Below are positions 1 to 11,492 of a stretch of 64,000 bases of DNA, piece after piece. How positions within the stretch are numbered: the stretch's first letter is position 1; each line of letters begins with the position of its first letter. Below the pieces are notes generated by a model. That model was not told where the DNA came from, made no database searches, and saw nothing but the letters and a program-made list of their open reading frames with translations. The position numbers and the translations under genes are program-made. This DNA is from Octopus bimaculoides. Taxonomy: Eukaryota. The DNA is taken from NCBI RefSeq assembly GCF_001194135.2, contig NC_068984.1, positions 82,483,527 to 82,547,526 of the forward strand, in the 5' to 3' direction.

Positions 1-63
1 GTTTTCCTCTCTCCTCACCCTTATTTCTCTTAACACTCCACTGCCTTGCAAATCTATAAGTAG

Positions 64-72
<9 letters not shown>

Positions 73-109
<37 letters not shown>
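73..109. repeat. (AT)n microsatellite, representative of dozens of (AT)n/(CA)n/(TG)n tracts in the window
   Basis: Direct inspection. Confidence 0.95.
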
Positions 110-111
<2 letters not shown>

Positions 112-585
112 GTGTGGTTCTTATTTTGACAAGTGTGAATATAATTTTATCTCTGGGCTTTTAGGGGATAAAATTAGTTTAGTTCTTTCTGTTTTGCAGT
201 GTTTAGTCTTTTCTTAATTCTTTTTTAGTTATTTGAACTAATTTATGTTCATTTTTTTTTTCTTTTTTACAAACAGATTAAAACACATAAGTGTGTGTGT
301 TGTGTATATGTTGTTTTGGTCATTAGGCTGTGGGCATATCTTCAAGAGTTTTTATTCAATTGTCATGTGAATGTCAGTACTTTTAATACTTTTAAGTTCA
401 TAAAAGTTGACCTTAGTTTAATGAGAGATAACTCAGCTGGCCATATAAATGACAAGTTTCTGCACAAGTTTATATTTCCCAAATTTCATTCAGAATATTA
501 GTCAACCCAAGTCTAATAGAAGATATGTGTTCAAGGTGTCAAACAATGAGATCAAACCTGAAACTGCAGTTGTTAAGAGAACTTT

Positions 586-925
586 CTGCAGTGAATAAAT
601 TGTTGTCTAAATTACACAAAAATGAAAATAACACTGACATCATATTTTAACAGATATATTTACCAAAATTTCATTAAAATATCTTGAAATACTAAAGAGT
701 AAATTTATTCAATAAAATCGCCGTTGGCTTAAACCACAGCCTCCAGACGACTTTGGAATCCCCTGCAAGTCTTCTGGGCTGTCTCCTTGTTTAAGTTGAT
801 GCATGCTGCCATAATCCTTGCCTTTAGTTCATCTTTAGCATTACAAGGAGTTTTGTTGGTCTCTTGCTCAAATATGCCCCACATAATAATCAAGGGGGTT
901 GCAGTGTGGGAAGTTAAGTGGCCAG
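586..925 (-). mobile_element. Tc1/mariner (maT/DD37D-like) transposase C-terminal fragment, degenerate
   Basis: Minus strand reads IWPLNFPHCNPLDYYVWGIFEQETNKTPCNAKDELKARIMAA...RLEAVV*ANGDFIE*, matching the WPPNSPDLNPLDY..W motif. Confidence 0.75.
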
Positions 926-1340
926 ATGGGGTAGATCATGGATGCATTTGTTGTAAAATTCAACTGGTTTGCTATCGAAGAAGTTTCCAATTGCAGTTAT
1001 CAGTTCATCATCAGTTATGAATGTTTTGGCATTCAAGAAGGTCTACAGTACCTGGTATGGGTGGTAACCTGTTGGCGCCAGGTTGGATGAGGGAGAACTT
1101 CTCACTCCAGCTCAAAAGTTTTTCACGGCTGAAATTTCCATGTGGTTAGTTGTTATCATGAAGAAACATGATATTAGTCAATTCTAGGTGTTTTTGTGCA
1201 ACTGTGTCTGCCACCCATTGCAGTTGTTGACAGTACAATTGAACGTTGATGGTCTGATTGCGTTCCGACATTTCCCAGTAAATCACACTCTTCATATCTC
1301 ATACAGGTCAGCTTGGACTGTGTGACGACTAATTGTGTCT
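926..1340 (-). mobile_element. mariner (DD34D-like) transposase fragment, degenerate
   Basis: Minus strand reads KSVIYWEMSERNQTINVQLYCQQL, MFLHDN, EVLPHP, and FFDSKPVEFYNKCIHDLP. Confidence 0.75.
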
Positions 1341-1764
1341 TTTCCAAATGCTTGGTTGTGATTTAGGCTGGACTTGTAATCATACAGTGACAAAATACAT
1401 AGCTGTTCGTGAGTGTTTTCCTGGACCATTTTTGGAACTTAGGTCTGAAATGATGAAAATATTCAATCAAAAGATATTGCATTTACTTATATGTAAATCA
1501 GTAAATAAATAAGCATATATAAAGCTGTGCAGGAACTTTGTTTCCACCCGTGTGTGTGTGTGTGTGTACATACACACATGGTACAAACCTTCAAAGCCTT
1601 GCAGCTTTACTGTCTAGAATGATGATGTCTTACATTGGCTGAAAAGTAAGTAAAAGGGTGTAATGAAATAATACTGGCCACAGTATGTGTCTGTTTGTTA
1701 AACTAATACAATATTGTATTAATATAATATGCTGTGCTTATTACTACTTCATTATGTCTTTACA

Positions 1765-1910
1765 TTCTGAGTTCAAATTCTGGCAAAGTCAACTTTGCCT
1801 TTCATCCTTTTGGGTTCAATAAATTAAGTACCAGTTGCGTACTGGAGTCGATCTAATTGACTGGCCCCCTCCCTAAAATTTCAGGCCTTGTGCCTAGAAT
1901 GGAAAAGATT
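1765..1910 (+). mobile_element. SINE fragment of a highly dispersed family (core ctttgcctttcatcct..aataaattaagtaccag...ggccttgtgcctag)
   Basis: Related copies at ~2515-2625(-), 5828-5960(+), 6570-6725(-), 19520-19590(+), 26680-26850(-), 30740-30850(-), 30910-31020(-), 31085-31180(-) and 54660-54780(-). The core resembles the Deu/Nin SINE domain (from recall). Confidence 0.7.
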
Positions 1911-4900
1911 ATGCCCTTTTACGTACTTCTCAGCAAGTTTAAGACCTCATCATCATTGTTATTATTTTAGACAGTAAGGCTGCAAGGCTTTGGGGGTTGG
2001 TTCTGTTAAATAGATGTTGCCTTCAGTCCTTTCGGCAAGTTACTTATTCAAATTACTGTTAATAATTTTGTGTCTTCATTCATAAATCGTTTTTACAAAT
2101 GAAATCGGTTTCATCCTGATTCTCAGTTGGACTGGTTTTATTGTGCTGAATGTTTTTGGGAAAGACATGATTGCCCTATGGCCCTTCCATTTATCTTACA
2201 ATTTCTAGAGCTTTGTATCTAAATAGACATTATTCATGCCATTGTTAATTGGAGGTTTCACTTTTGTTTTTATTAATTTTACTTTCATCTTTGCATTGCT
2301 TAAGACATTGGTGTGGTGAGTATCCTACTGCAAAATCTGCAGCCCAGAAGTTAAGTTTCTCCTCCTGGTAATAGCTGACTCACTTCACTTATGTTAAGGC
2401 ATGAACATTACAGAATTTCATTTTCCTGTTACAAGTTATGCCTATATACATTTACTGCATGGCCATATGTGTAAACTGTAAATTGATAAGACTATAATAA
2501 TGATAATAATCCTTTCTACTCTAAGCACAAGGCCTGGAATTTTGGGGGAGAGTTCTAGTTGATTACATTGACTGGTATTTATTTCAACAACCTTCAAAGG
2601 ATGAAAGGCAAAGCCAACCTCAGTGAAATTTGAAATAATAGAAGTAATCTTTTCTACTAATACTCTGAAAGGATGAAAGGCAAGCGAATAATACTGTCAA
2701 TTTTAGATAACAGTAGAATTCCTTGCTGCAGTTAAAGGGATTGCTTGTGCAATTTCTTGTAAAAACTAAAGGATAACCCCTATGATTTCTAGTGAAATTA
2801 AGGGGCAAAACCTAGAAAGGAAAAAAGTCTATTCATATAAATGCAAGAATTTCTCTCTCTTTATCTCACTCTCTCCGATTTATATTTATAATATATTTCA
2901 AACAGTTATCATTTACTTTCTATATCTGTCTATCTAACTTACTTAATTTGTAATATATTTCAGATGTATTTATAATAACATAAATGTTTCAAACAGTCAG
3001 TTACCTTCTTTCTTTCTTGTGGCCTGAAGCAATTCTTTTTAAAGCTTTAAGGCCTTGGTCTCTTTATTGTGAGCTAAGCAGGCTTGAGCTATTGATGTAA
3101 TCGTTGTAATACTTCTATTTCAGCAATTTTTCTATGTATTTCATTTTGCACTGTAAATTTCAGAGATTAATGGGCAGTCAGGGTTACTGAAGTAACATTT
3201 ACTTCAGTGCGTGCTCATACCTTAAATTCAAGATGTTCTTTTAAAACAGACAGTTACAGGTAGCTACTGTGATGTAGCAAATGGTATTTACTATCAGTGT
3301 GTGCTTGTATGTTCTTATTTAATTGCATTAATGTTTACTGATGCTTTCCTTGTATCTTATATATGTTTGTGAATATATATATATATATGTGTATTATATA
3401 TTATCATTTTCATTAAACGTCCATGTTCCATGCTGGCATGTACGTATATATATATAATCCTCAACTCTAGACTACAATGATAAAGCCAAAGCTGTTCCTT
3501 TTTAGCAAACTCAACAAAGTAGGATTCAAAATCTCTTGGCTACAAAGCCCCATCTTATGGGTATACTAGGACTTGCAACTTATTTGTACATACTATGTTA
3601 ACTGTTTTCTCTCAAACACCTAACCCGTGAACTTCAGCAAACTTCTTGAAATCTTTTGGATGATCTACCTGAATCTTTTTGTCTTTGACTTCTCTCTCAT
3701 TACTAACCATGTTGATGCAGCACTCTTCTTTATATTTCTAACCTCATTATCCATCAATCACTCCTAATATTAACAGTCCCTCTACAATCTTCTACTTCTT
3801 CTATTTAATAGAATGTCATTGGGGATGACAGTGTGGTAGCGTTTAACAATATCAAAATGCAATGATGATATCAAACCAGAAGAAATATATTTCTGTAACC
3901 TCTTCTGAAATGTTTGTGTGCCTAAAACTTTGCCATCGAAAAGACTCTTCTGTCTTTGAGATTAAGAACTTTAACACTAAATAGTTACTGATGCCCTTAA
4001 TACAATTGCTAATAAAATATTGTTCTTATTATCCATGACTGTATTCAAAGAGCTATTCATTTACTTCCCAAACCTTTCCACTTTGAAACCTATGCTGTAC
4101 TTTCATTCTACTGTTTTTGCTATTACAATAATGTACATGGTCTTTTCAAACTTGCCACATCTGCTGTTTTATTTCCACTTTAAATTACTTAAGATATGTT
4201 TTGAAGGAAATATTTAAGTCCAAGAGTTCTAGTACCTAACTTCCTACATTTCATCACCTTTTCACATATGCTCACTCACTATCAATTGTGGAACTTCATT
4301 TCCTTCTGTTTATTCTCACTAAACATTATAAAAACACTAGCAACCACTCAGTTGCCATCACCTTTGATGGGCTTTTGAGTGCTTCCCTTTCCCTCCTTTC
4401 TTAAAAATTGTTCTATAACTTCCATACTACATACTCATTCTACTGCTATACACTTTGATACACTCTTAGCTATTTCTCAATGTTATGTAAACTGTTCACA
4501 GTGTGCGTTTTATTTTTATTTATTTTATGCTTGTTTAATCCTTAGAGCATTAATTCAGTTTGTAACTATGAATTATGAATCTTTCAAAGAGATAAAAAAT
4601 AACCATTTATTTTTTGCTAGTTGCTTTATAAGTTACAAAATTCCTTATTAAAAGTTTAGGGTATTTTTAAACACCACCACAAAAGTGTTCTGCATATTAA
4701 ATTTGATTGAACCAATATGACTATTCCCTTGCTTAATGAATCGGCACTAAATTGAGATTTGTGGAGCTGGGGTAAATGAAACCTTGTTATTACAATTATC
4801 TTGTTTCTCTACTCACTACACACCATATATTGAACATATGGAACGTTAACAAGTTATTTGTTTTACAATCATGTGGATCTAGGTTCAGTCTTATTGCAAA

Positions 4901-7048
4901 AGACCTTGAACTTGTGTCTTCAAGCCATTAACTGTTGATAACTTGGAAATTCCACTCTACTGGCCTACATACAATTGGAAGGTCTATGTACCCTGCTGCT
5001 GCTAGGGAAGTTATTACCTATTTAGTGTATTATAACTGTGGGCTGTGACCCAGTTTGTCATGCACTTTGACAACACCTAACTAGTTATTTCCCCATGTAT
5101 CACATTTTGTTGTCCCTGAAATATCACACTCTAGAGATCGCCAACTGATTAATTTTTTGGAGCATGTAATAAAGCTGTTGTCACTAGCTAGCTAAAGAAC
5201 CCATTTATCCTAAGCTGACTAATGTAGGTCTAAATGTCCCTACTTGGTACCTATTTTTAAATTTCTTTAAATTCTCTCCACTCTCATTCTATATATTTGA
5301 TGGTGTGGAAATGTCTTTCACCCACAAAACTTTAATGTAGATCTGAGTCAGCCTCTGTATGTGTGTGTTTTTATATGACTTAATCACTTACAAAAGAGAA
5401 GTACACATGACGTTTTATGAGACTTTCAACATTGCAGTGTAAGAATAAAGCAGCTTATCAGATGGAGCTATCCTCACACAGCATGCTTTGTCAATAAAAA
5501 TGATTCCTAGGGCTCATTTAAAAGTAATTTAAACAGTCATGTTTTTATGTGCACGTGCACTCGAGGTTTCATTAATCTCTTTGAATGGTTGGTATTCTTG
5601 TTGATGTTTTTGTTTCTTTTTCTTTTTTAATCCCTTTCAATTTCTGTTTTGTGTGAGTGTGTGTGCATGTAAATATGTATACATATGTATTCATAATACA
5701 CACATTCATGTTAGTGTCTTTTAAATAATATATATATATCACTATTATTAAGTGCATTTAATTGGAAAATTATTAAAGCATCTAACACAATGCTTTATGA
5801 CATTTAATTATTACTTTTTATGTTCAGATTCTTCTGAGGTCAACTTTGCTATTTTTCTTTCTGGGGTTGATAAAATAAACTCTGATTACTAGCTTCACTA
5901 TAGTTAATTGTTCTTTCTTCTCTCCAAATTCCTGACCTTGTGCCTGTGTTAGAAATTATTTATTATTTAAATTCACTCAGTGAATAAAATATTTACTCTG
6001 CTAGTGTGATGCAGCTTGAGGTGGGTGGTTGAAAGTAGATTAAAAGACTACTTTAAAAAAATTTATTCTAAATATTGTCCATTATCAATTCTAGTTAGAC
6101 ATTTTTTTAGATAGGTGGGCAAAGTGAGACTATTCAGATTTCTCCCTTCATGCTGTAGAAGAGGTGGGGCATCTGTTTTTAGTACGACAAGATCTAATTG
6201 CAGCCAAAGGGAAATAATGTGAGTCCAAAGACACTTTTAAAACTATTAATCAGTTGAGCTGAGTGTTATTGACTCCTGCCACTTACTGACCTCCGACACA
6301 TGTCTACATTTGGGTTAAGGAAAGTAAAGTTGTACTTGATGAAATTTGGAAACAGGGTAGTGAGTAAGTAGTCAACTACAGTTAAATTCAAAGAACTAGT
6401 CTTTGATGAGCGTGATTTTATCAGCTCCAGTACATGTTCAGTAGTTTATCGATGGTCAACTACAATACTCTTTGAGCTTTGAATGTAGATACCTGTAATT
6501 GATACCAGTAATTGTCTTGTCCACTGTAGTCTACTTTGGACTGAATTGATGTTGATAGTATTGCTTTTAACAAAGGCACAAGGCCCTAAATGTATGATGG
6601 AGAATGGGGTGTGGATATGATAGATTGATCTTAATGTTTGATGGGTACCTTTTTTATTAACCCTTGGATGAGCTGAAAAGTAAAGTCAGTAGTAACCCCA
6701 GGATTTAAACTAAGAATGTATGGGATATAACTAAATATCAGAAAGCATTTTGTCTGAAGCTCTAAATATTTATCTTGCCAATCTTGCCATTGGCTGCATT
6801 GATAATTAGATTGCTTAAAACCAGTTTATATAGTCATACTCCTACCCTCTGCTGATTTGTTACACTTAGATAGTCAACTACACTCACAGATATGTATATG
6901 CACTCATATTCATTATACACACACTCATACATGGTGTTGGAATTGCTTGAGACTTTCTGTTCCCCAACTTTATTTCCTAATTTATAACATTTTCTGTTTG
7001 CTTTTTTTATAATTGTTCTCCACTTCTTGTTGTAACCTTTCCCTCCAG

Positions 7049-7084
7049 ATCACTTAGAACCTACTTCCAAGGAGCTTGGCACAG
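7049..7084 (+). CDS. CAD: Candidate 36-nt microexon of CAD (DHO-ATC interdomain linker), phase 1/1, (D)HLEPTSKELGT(E)
   Basis: Long pyrimidine tract ending ccctccAG (7047-7048), 36 nt with no stop, then GTatat donor at 7085. The trailing G completes the codon GAA with the first 2 nt of the 14881 exon, matching that exon's phase-1 start. No sequence homology recognised, so support is splice signals and phase only. Confidence 0.55.
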
Positions 7085-8066
7085 GTATATACTCCTTTTT
7101 TTTTTTTTTTTTNNNNNNNNNNTCCTTTTTTTTTTTTTTCTTTATAACTCCTACTTCCACCCATTGTCTTCCTGTTAACATCCCCTTTCTCTGTTCATCT
7201 GCCTTCCTGCTTCTTACCTTTTCTACTTAAACACTATACTATTTCACTTTCTTTTCCTCTATCTTTCATCTCTCATTTTCTCTTTATTTTCCCCCCTCTC
7301 TCTTGTCTCCCTCTGCCCTTCAGCTGGAAAATGTTTTCAAGGTACAGCGATGATGATAGTAGATGATCTTCATCATCATGTGTCAGTTGGTTTCCTTGCC
7401 TGCTTGCCTTAATGTCTTTCATACCATTGATATGTACATTACACACACACATGCACACTCTAATTACATATGACATGTACATATACACATACTCACATGC
7501 ACTAACACAGAAATACTAGCATGTTGCACTTAAATGCAACTTCCTACAAATCTTCATATGTTTGTTTGCAGGGTAAGTGTATACATGCATGACTTGTTTC
7601 TACATGGTTTATTTGCAGGTACACATGCATTTGCACGGGTTCACACAGAAATGTACATCCACATTTAATCACACTTGTTTCTATAATAAGCACACACATT
7701 CACACTTTATCTTCTAAAATAAAAACAATCCCTTATTGAAGTTAGTATGATTCTGTTAATGTTCTACTGTTTGTGCCATCACTGGATCTGTGTTAGTGGA
7801 TTCAGAAGACTGGTTGTCATTGGATTTAGTACTGAATGCCTACAGTGGAGTAGTGGACTCCTCATAAACCTACTTCATAGAGCAGATCTCATGTCCTCTT
7901 GACAATGTTGTATAGCCAACAACCTGGAAGAGAGAATGGCCCAGTTCAGGCCAATTTGCATGCTCTTTTAAGCATTTCAATACTTTACATCTCATAGATG
8001 TATTCTACTTTTATCTGTCTCTTCTCTCTCATTGTGGGATGTGTGCTGATTAATTCACTTCAGTGT

Positions 8067-8270
8067 CATCATCATCATCATCATCATCATTTAACATCTG
8101 CTTTCCATGCTAGTATGGGTTGGACAATTTGATTGCGGACTGGTGAAGCGGATGGCTGCACCAGGCTCCAATCTGATCTGGCAGAGTTTCTACAGCTGGA
8201 TGCCCTTCCTAACGCCAACCACTCCGAGAGTGTAGTGGGTGCTTTTACATGCCACCGGCACGAGGGTGTC
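8067..8270 (-). mobile_element. 3' part of an RTE-associated SINE ending in a (GAT)n tail
   Basis: Near-identical to the 3' part of the 35700-36140 copy (ctctcggagtggttggcgttaggaagggcatccagctgtagaa...ccatgccagcatggaa...gatgatgat). The 8087..8476 ORF runs through it. Confidence 0.75.
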
Positions 8271-8506
8271 TTTAAAATCACTAATTGATTTGTGTTGGTG
8301 AATCCAGCTTGGTCTGTATCCTTAAACCCATTGATGAATTTTCTGTATGATGTAGCTGGGTTAGTGACCACCCCTGCATCCATTATTGGTTCTGTTGATG
8401 AATCCAGCTTGTACATTTCTAAATCTTTTATGTGAAGTTGTTTAGCCCTATACAAAGTATAGGGTGTAAATGTCAATCATCCCATACTAGTATGCATGCG
8501 TGCGTG

Positions 8507-8539
<33 letters not shown>

Positions 8540-10310
8540 TTTTATATAAACAGGCTTCCACAAAATTTCTCTCTAGCAAATTTCACTTACATGGTTATGA
8601 AAGATCTTAGCCCCATAGTGCCACACACTGGAATAGAACCCAGAACCTTATGGTTGCAATGCAACTATTAACCATACAGTTAAACCATTTCATTTTGTAA
8701 CTGTTTTTTCCCCCCATTTAAAATATTTTTGTTTTCCATCAATGTTGTGACTTTGAAAATTAAAATTTCATCTTCTATTGTCAGTTTCTATATATGTGTG
8801 CGAGTGTGTGTATTATTTTCTTATCGATGCTAATGTAGGTACATCTGTATATCTAATTGAATGGTTCACCCTCCCTAAATGATTCATAACTTGCACAGCT
8901 TCTTTCACCAACCATCTCTCTGAAAGAATGAAATGGAAAGTGTAAGAGAGAGAGAATTATTTTCTGTTGCTTAACAAGTAATATAACATCAATGTATATC
9001 AGCTGGTCTTTGTTCCATAAAGGAGCTTCTACTTAATCACTAAACCTGCTGAAAATAAAGTCAAATCTTCCTTATCACATCTTACAACCTTCAATAATAT
9101 ACTGGATAATGTAGTTCTTTTACAAAAGGATAAGATGGCACAACTGGAACACCTTTCATTGTGTACTGGTTAACAGTTGATCTGAGACTAAATAATAACA
9201 ACCAAGTTAGAGCCAACGAAGAAAAGCCAATGTGTGACCACTCAACCTGCTTTTCAATCAAGAAATGACAAATCAGATGTCAGGGAGAAAACTACATAGG
9301 GGGCGATGTTACTACTATATATGCAGCTTGAAGAAAGCAAACATGGCTGAATCAGTAAGTGGTTGGACAACCAGCAACCAAGACATTAGCAGTATATAAT
9401 TCTATCATTAGCATTGTTGTATCTTTTTTTGTGAAAACACTTAGCTTCCAAGTGACTCAGTCCCAGTTTATGCCTACTACAATTACATTATTCAATGTGT
9501 TCTTGATTTAAAGCAGCAGGATGTTACTTAAGGGATTTTGGTTGCTATTTCTAGCTAGCCAATTGACTATGCAGATGCTTTTTTTTTCTTTCCTCTCCTT
9601 CTTCATTGGTAGTTATTTTTTAGCCTCAGATCAACTGTTATCAGACACATGATGTGGCAATTCCATCTTTTTGTGTGTAGCAAGAGCTGTATTCAGTATA
9701 TGCTTTAAGATGGGATGTTGTGATGTGAAGAAGATTTGGCTGACTGTTCCCTTGTGGAACACCAAGGTCAACTGATTTAGATTTGGCATCATCTTATTTG
9801 TTAGGCAAGAAAACCAGTCTTTCTCCCTTCGTACACTTTCTAATTTCGTTCATTCAGACATGTGGTTGGTGTTATAGGCAGTGTACCTAGGTGGTGAGAG
9901 GAAACACTGGTGTATGTATATGAAGAGAATGCTATGTGTTAGCATCAATATAAGAATATGTGTTTATGCTTAACTGTGTTAAGTAAAATCCCTTTGTGTC
10001 TAAATCATGATTTAACTCTTTAATAAATAAGTATGGATAAAATGAGTGCTGGGATTGATGTGTATGACTAAATCTCTTGTTGGAGGCAGTATCCCAGTAT
10101 GGGTGAATTCCATTGGTTGAACTTGTTACAGAATTATGGGATGCCTTTCTACTGGAAATTTGATTCCCCTTGATGGCTAATACATGCAACAGCCCATTCC
10201 ATATCTAATTCACCATCCACTTGTCAATAGACAAGTCAACACACATCTCTCTAGTCTGTAATTCCCACTATATATATATATATATATATATNNNNNNNNN
10301 NNNNNNNTAT

Positions 10311-10348
<38 letters not shown>

Positions 10349-10349
10349 A

Positions 10350-11492
10350 CAGGGCAAGATATTTGAGGACAGATTTATGTTTATAAAAAAAAACATGACT
10401 TTATTTACAAAAAAATGCTATGAGGATAAAAATGAACCACCTTTTCTATATTATTATTCAATAAAGCCACCTTAGTTTTAACAACTGCTTCTATATGAGA
10501 TCTAAATCATCTACATGCTCAAATCAAGTGGTCTTGGTTCATTTTGGACATTACTCTGACTGTGGTGTGTTCATTGACCTTTCTCTCAACAACATAATAA
10601 TAGTCCAATCGATTGAGATTTGGGGAATTAGGAGGCCAAATGTTAGAGGTTATGTGATCTTGAAAATTTTCAGCCACCCATTCCTGCATTGCTTAAGCCT
10701 TGTGTGATGGTGCAGTTTTGCTGAAACACACAAGGTTTTCCATTGTCTATCCAAGATTTAACACCTGTTTCCAGAACCTCAATGTAGGCGGCAATGTTGG
10801 AAAGAAGTAAGGCAGCATCACATGTCCTTCATTGCTGGCAGCCCCAAAAACCTTGATAGTTGCAGGAAATTTTGTATACATAACTCATGGAACTTTAGAA
10901 GGGTCTGTACATAACCATCTTTCATTTCTTCTGTTAACTTTTTGATCTTGGTAGAAGTTTTTCGTGTCTGAGAAAAACTAAATCAAATCTTTTGCTGGTT
11001 TTTTTCAGGCTCTGATGTAGCAATTTTCTTTTGCATTTTCTGACATAAATTGACCATTCCTCATATAAGACATATCTGATCTCTTCATGGACAACATTAC
11101 TGGTTGTTACTTCTAACATGTAGATATCTTTTGCAATTGACCTCATGGATTTTCTGGGATTATGATCAATGGTCTGCTGAACTTGCTGGATAAATTCAAG
11201 TGTTCTGATAATTTTTATGCATTGATACTGGTGATACATTTCCACCTTTGGTCTCTAACTCCTTACAAACTTAATAGATGGAAAATATGGCGACTTCCAG
11301 TAATCGAGATATTTCTAAATCGTTATGTTCAGCCTTTATAGCCATGATAACAACATGCTTCTTCATTTCTTGAATAAGCTGAGGGTCTGCCATTATTATT
11401 TTCTGAAAAAAAAAAAAAGATTACATAGAGGTAGCACAAAATGCAGCAATAACCAAATAAAAAGTATGTCCTCAAATACTTTACACACCCTG
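10350..11492 (-). mobile_element. Internally deleted Tc1/mariner (maT/DD37D-like) element with TIRs
   Basis: Imperfect TIRs (caggg...atttgaggaca at both ends). HTH segment IRTLEFIQQVQQTIDHNPRKSMRSIAKD (ORF 10934..11245) and catalytic segment EWVAENFQDHITSNIWPPNSPNLNRLDYY; frameshifted. Confidence 0.85.
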
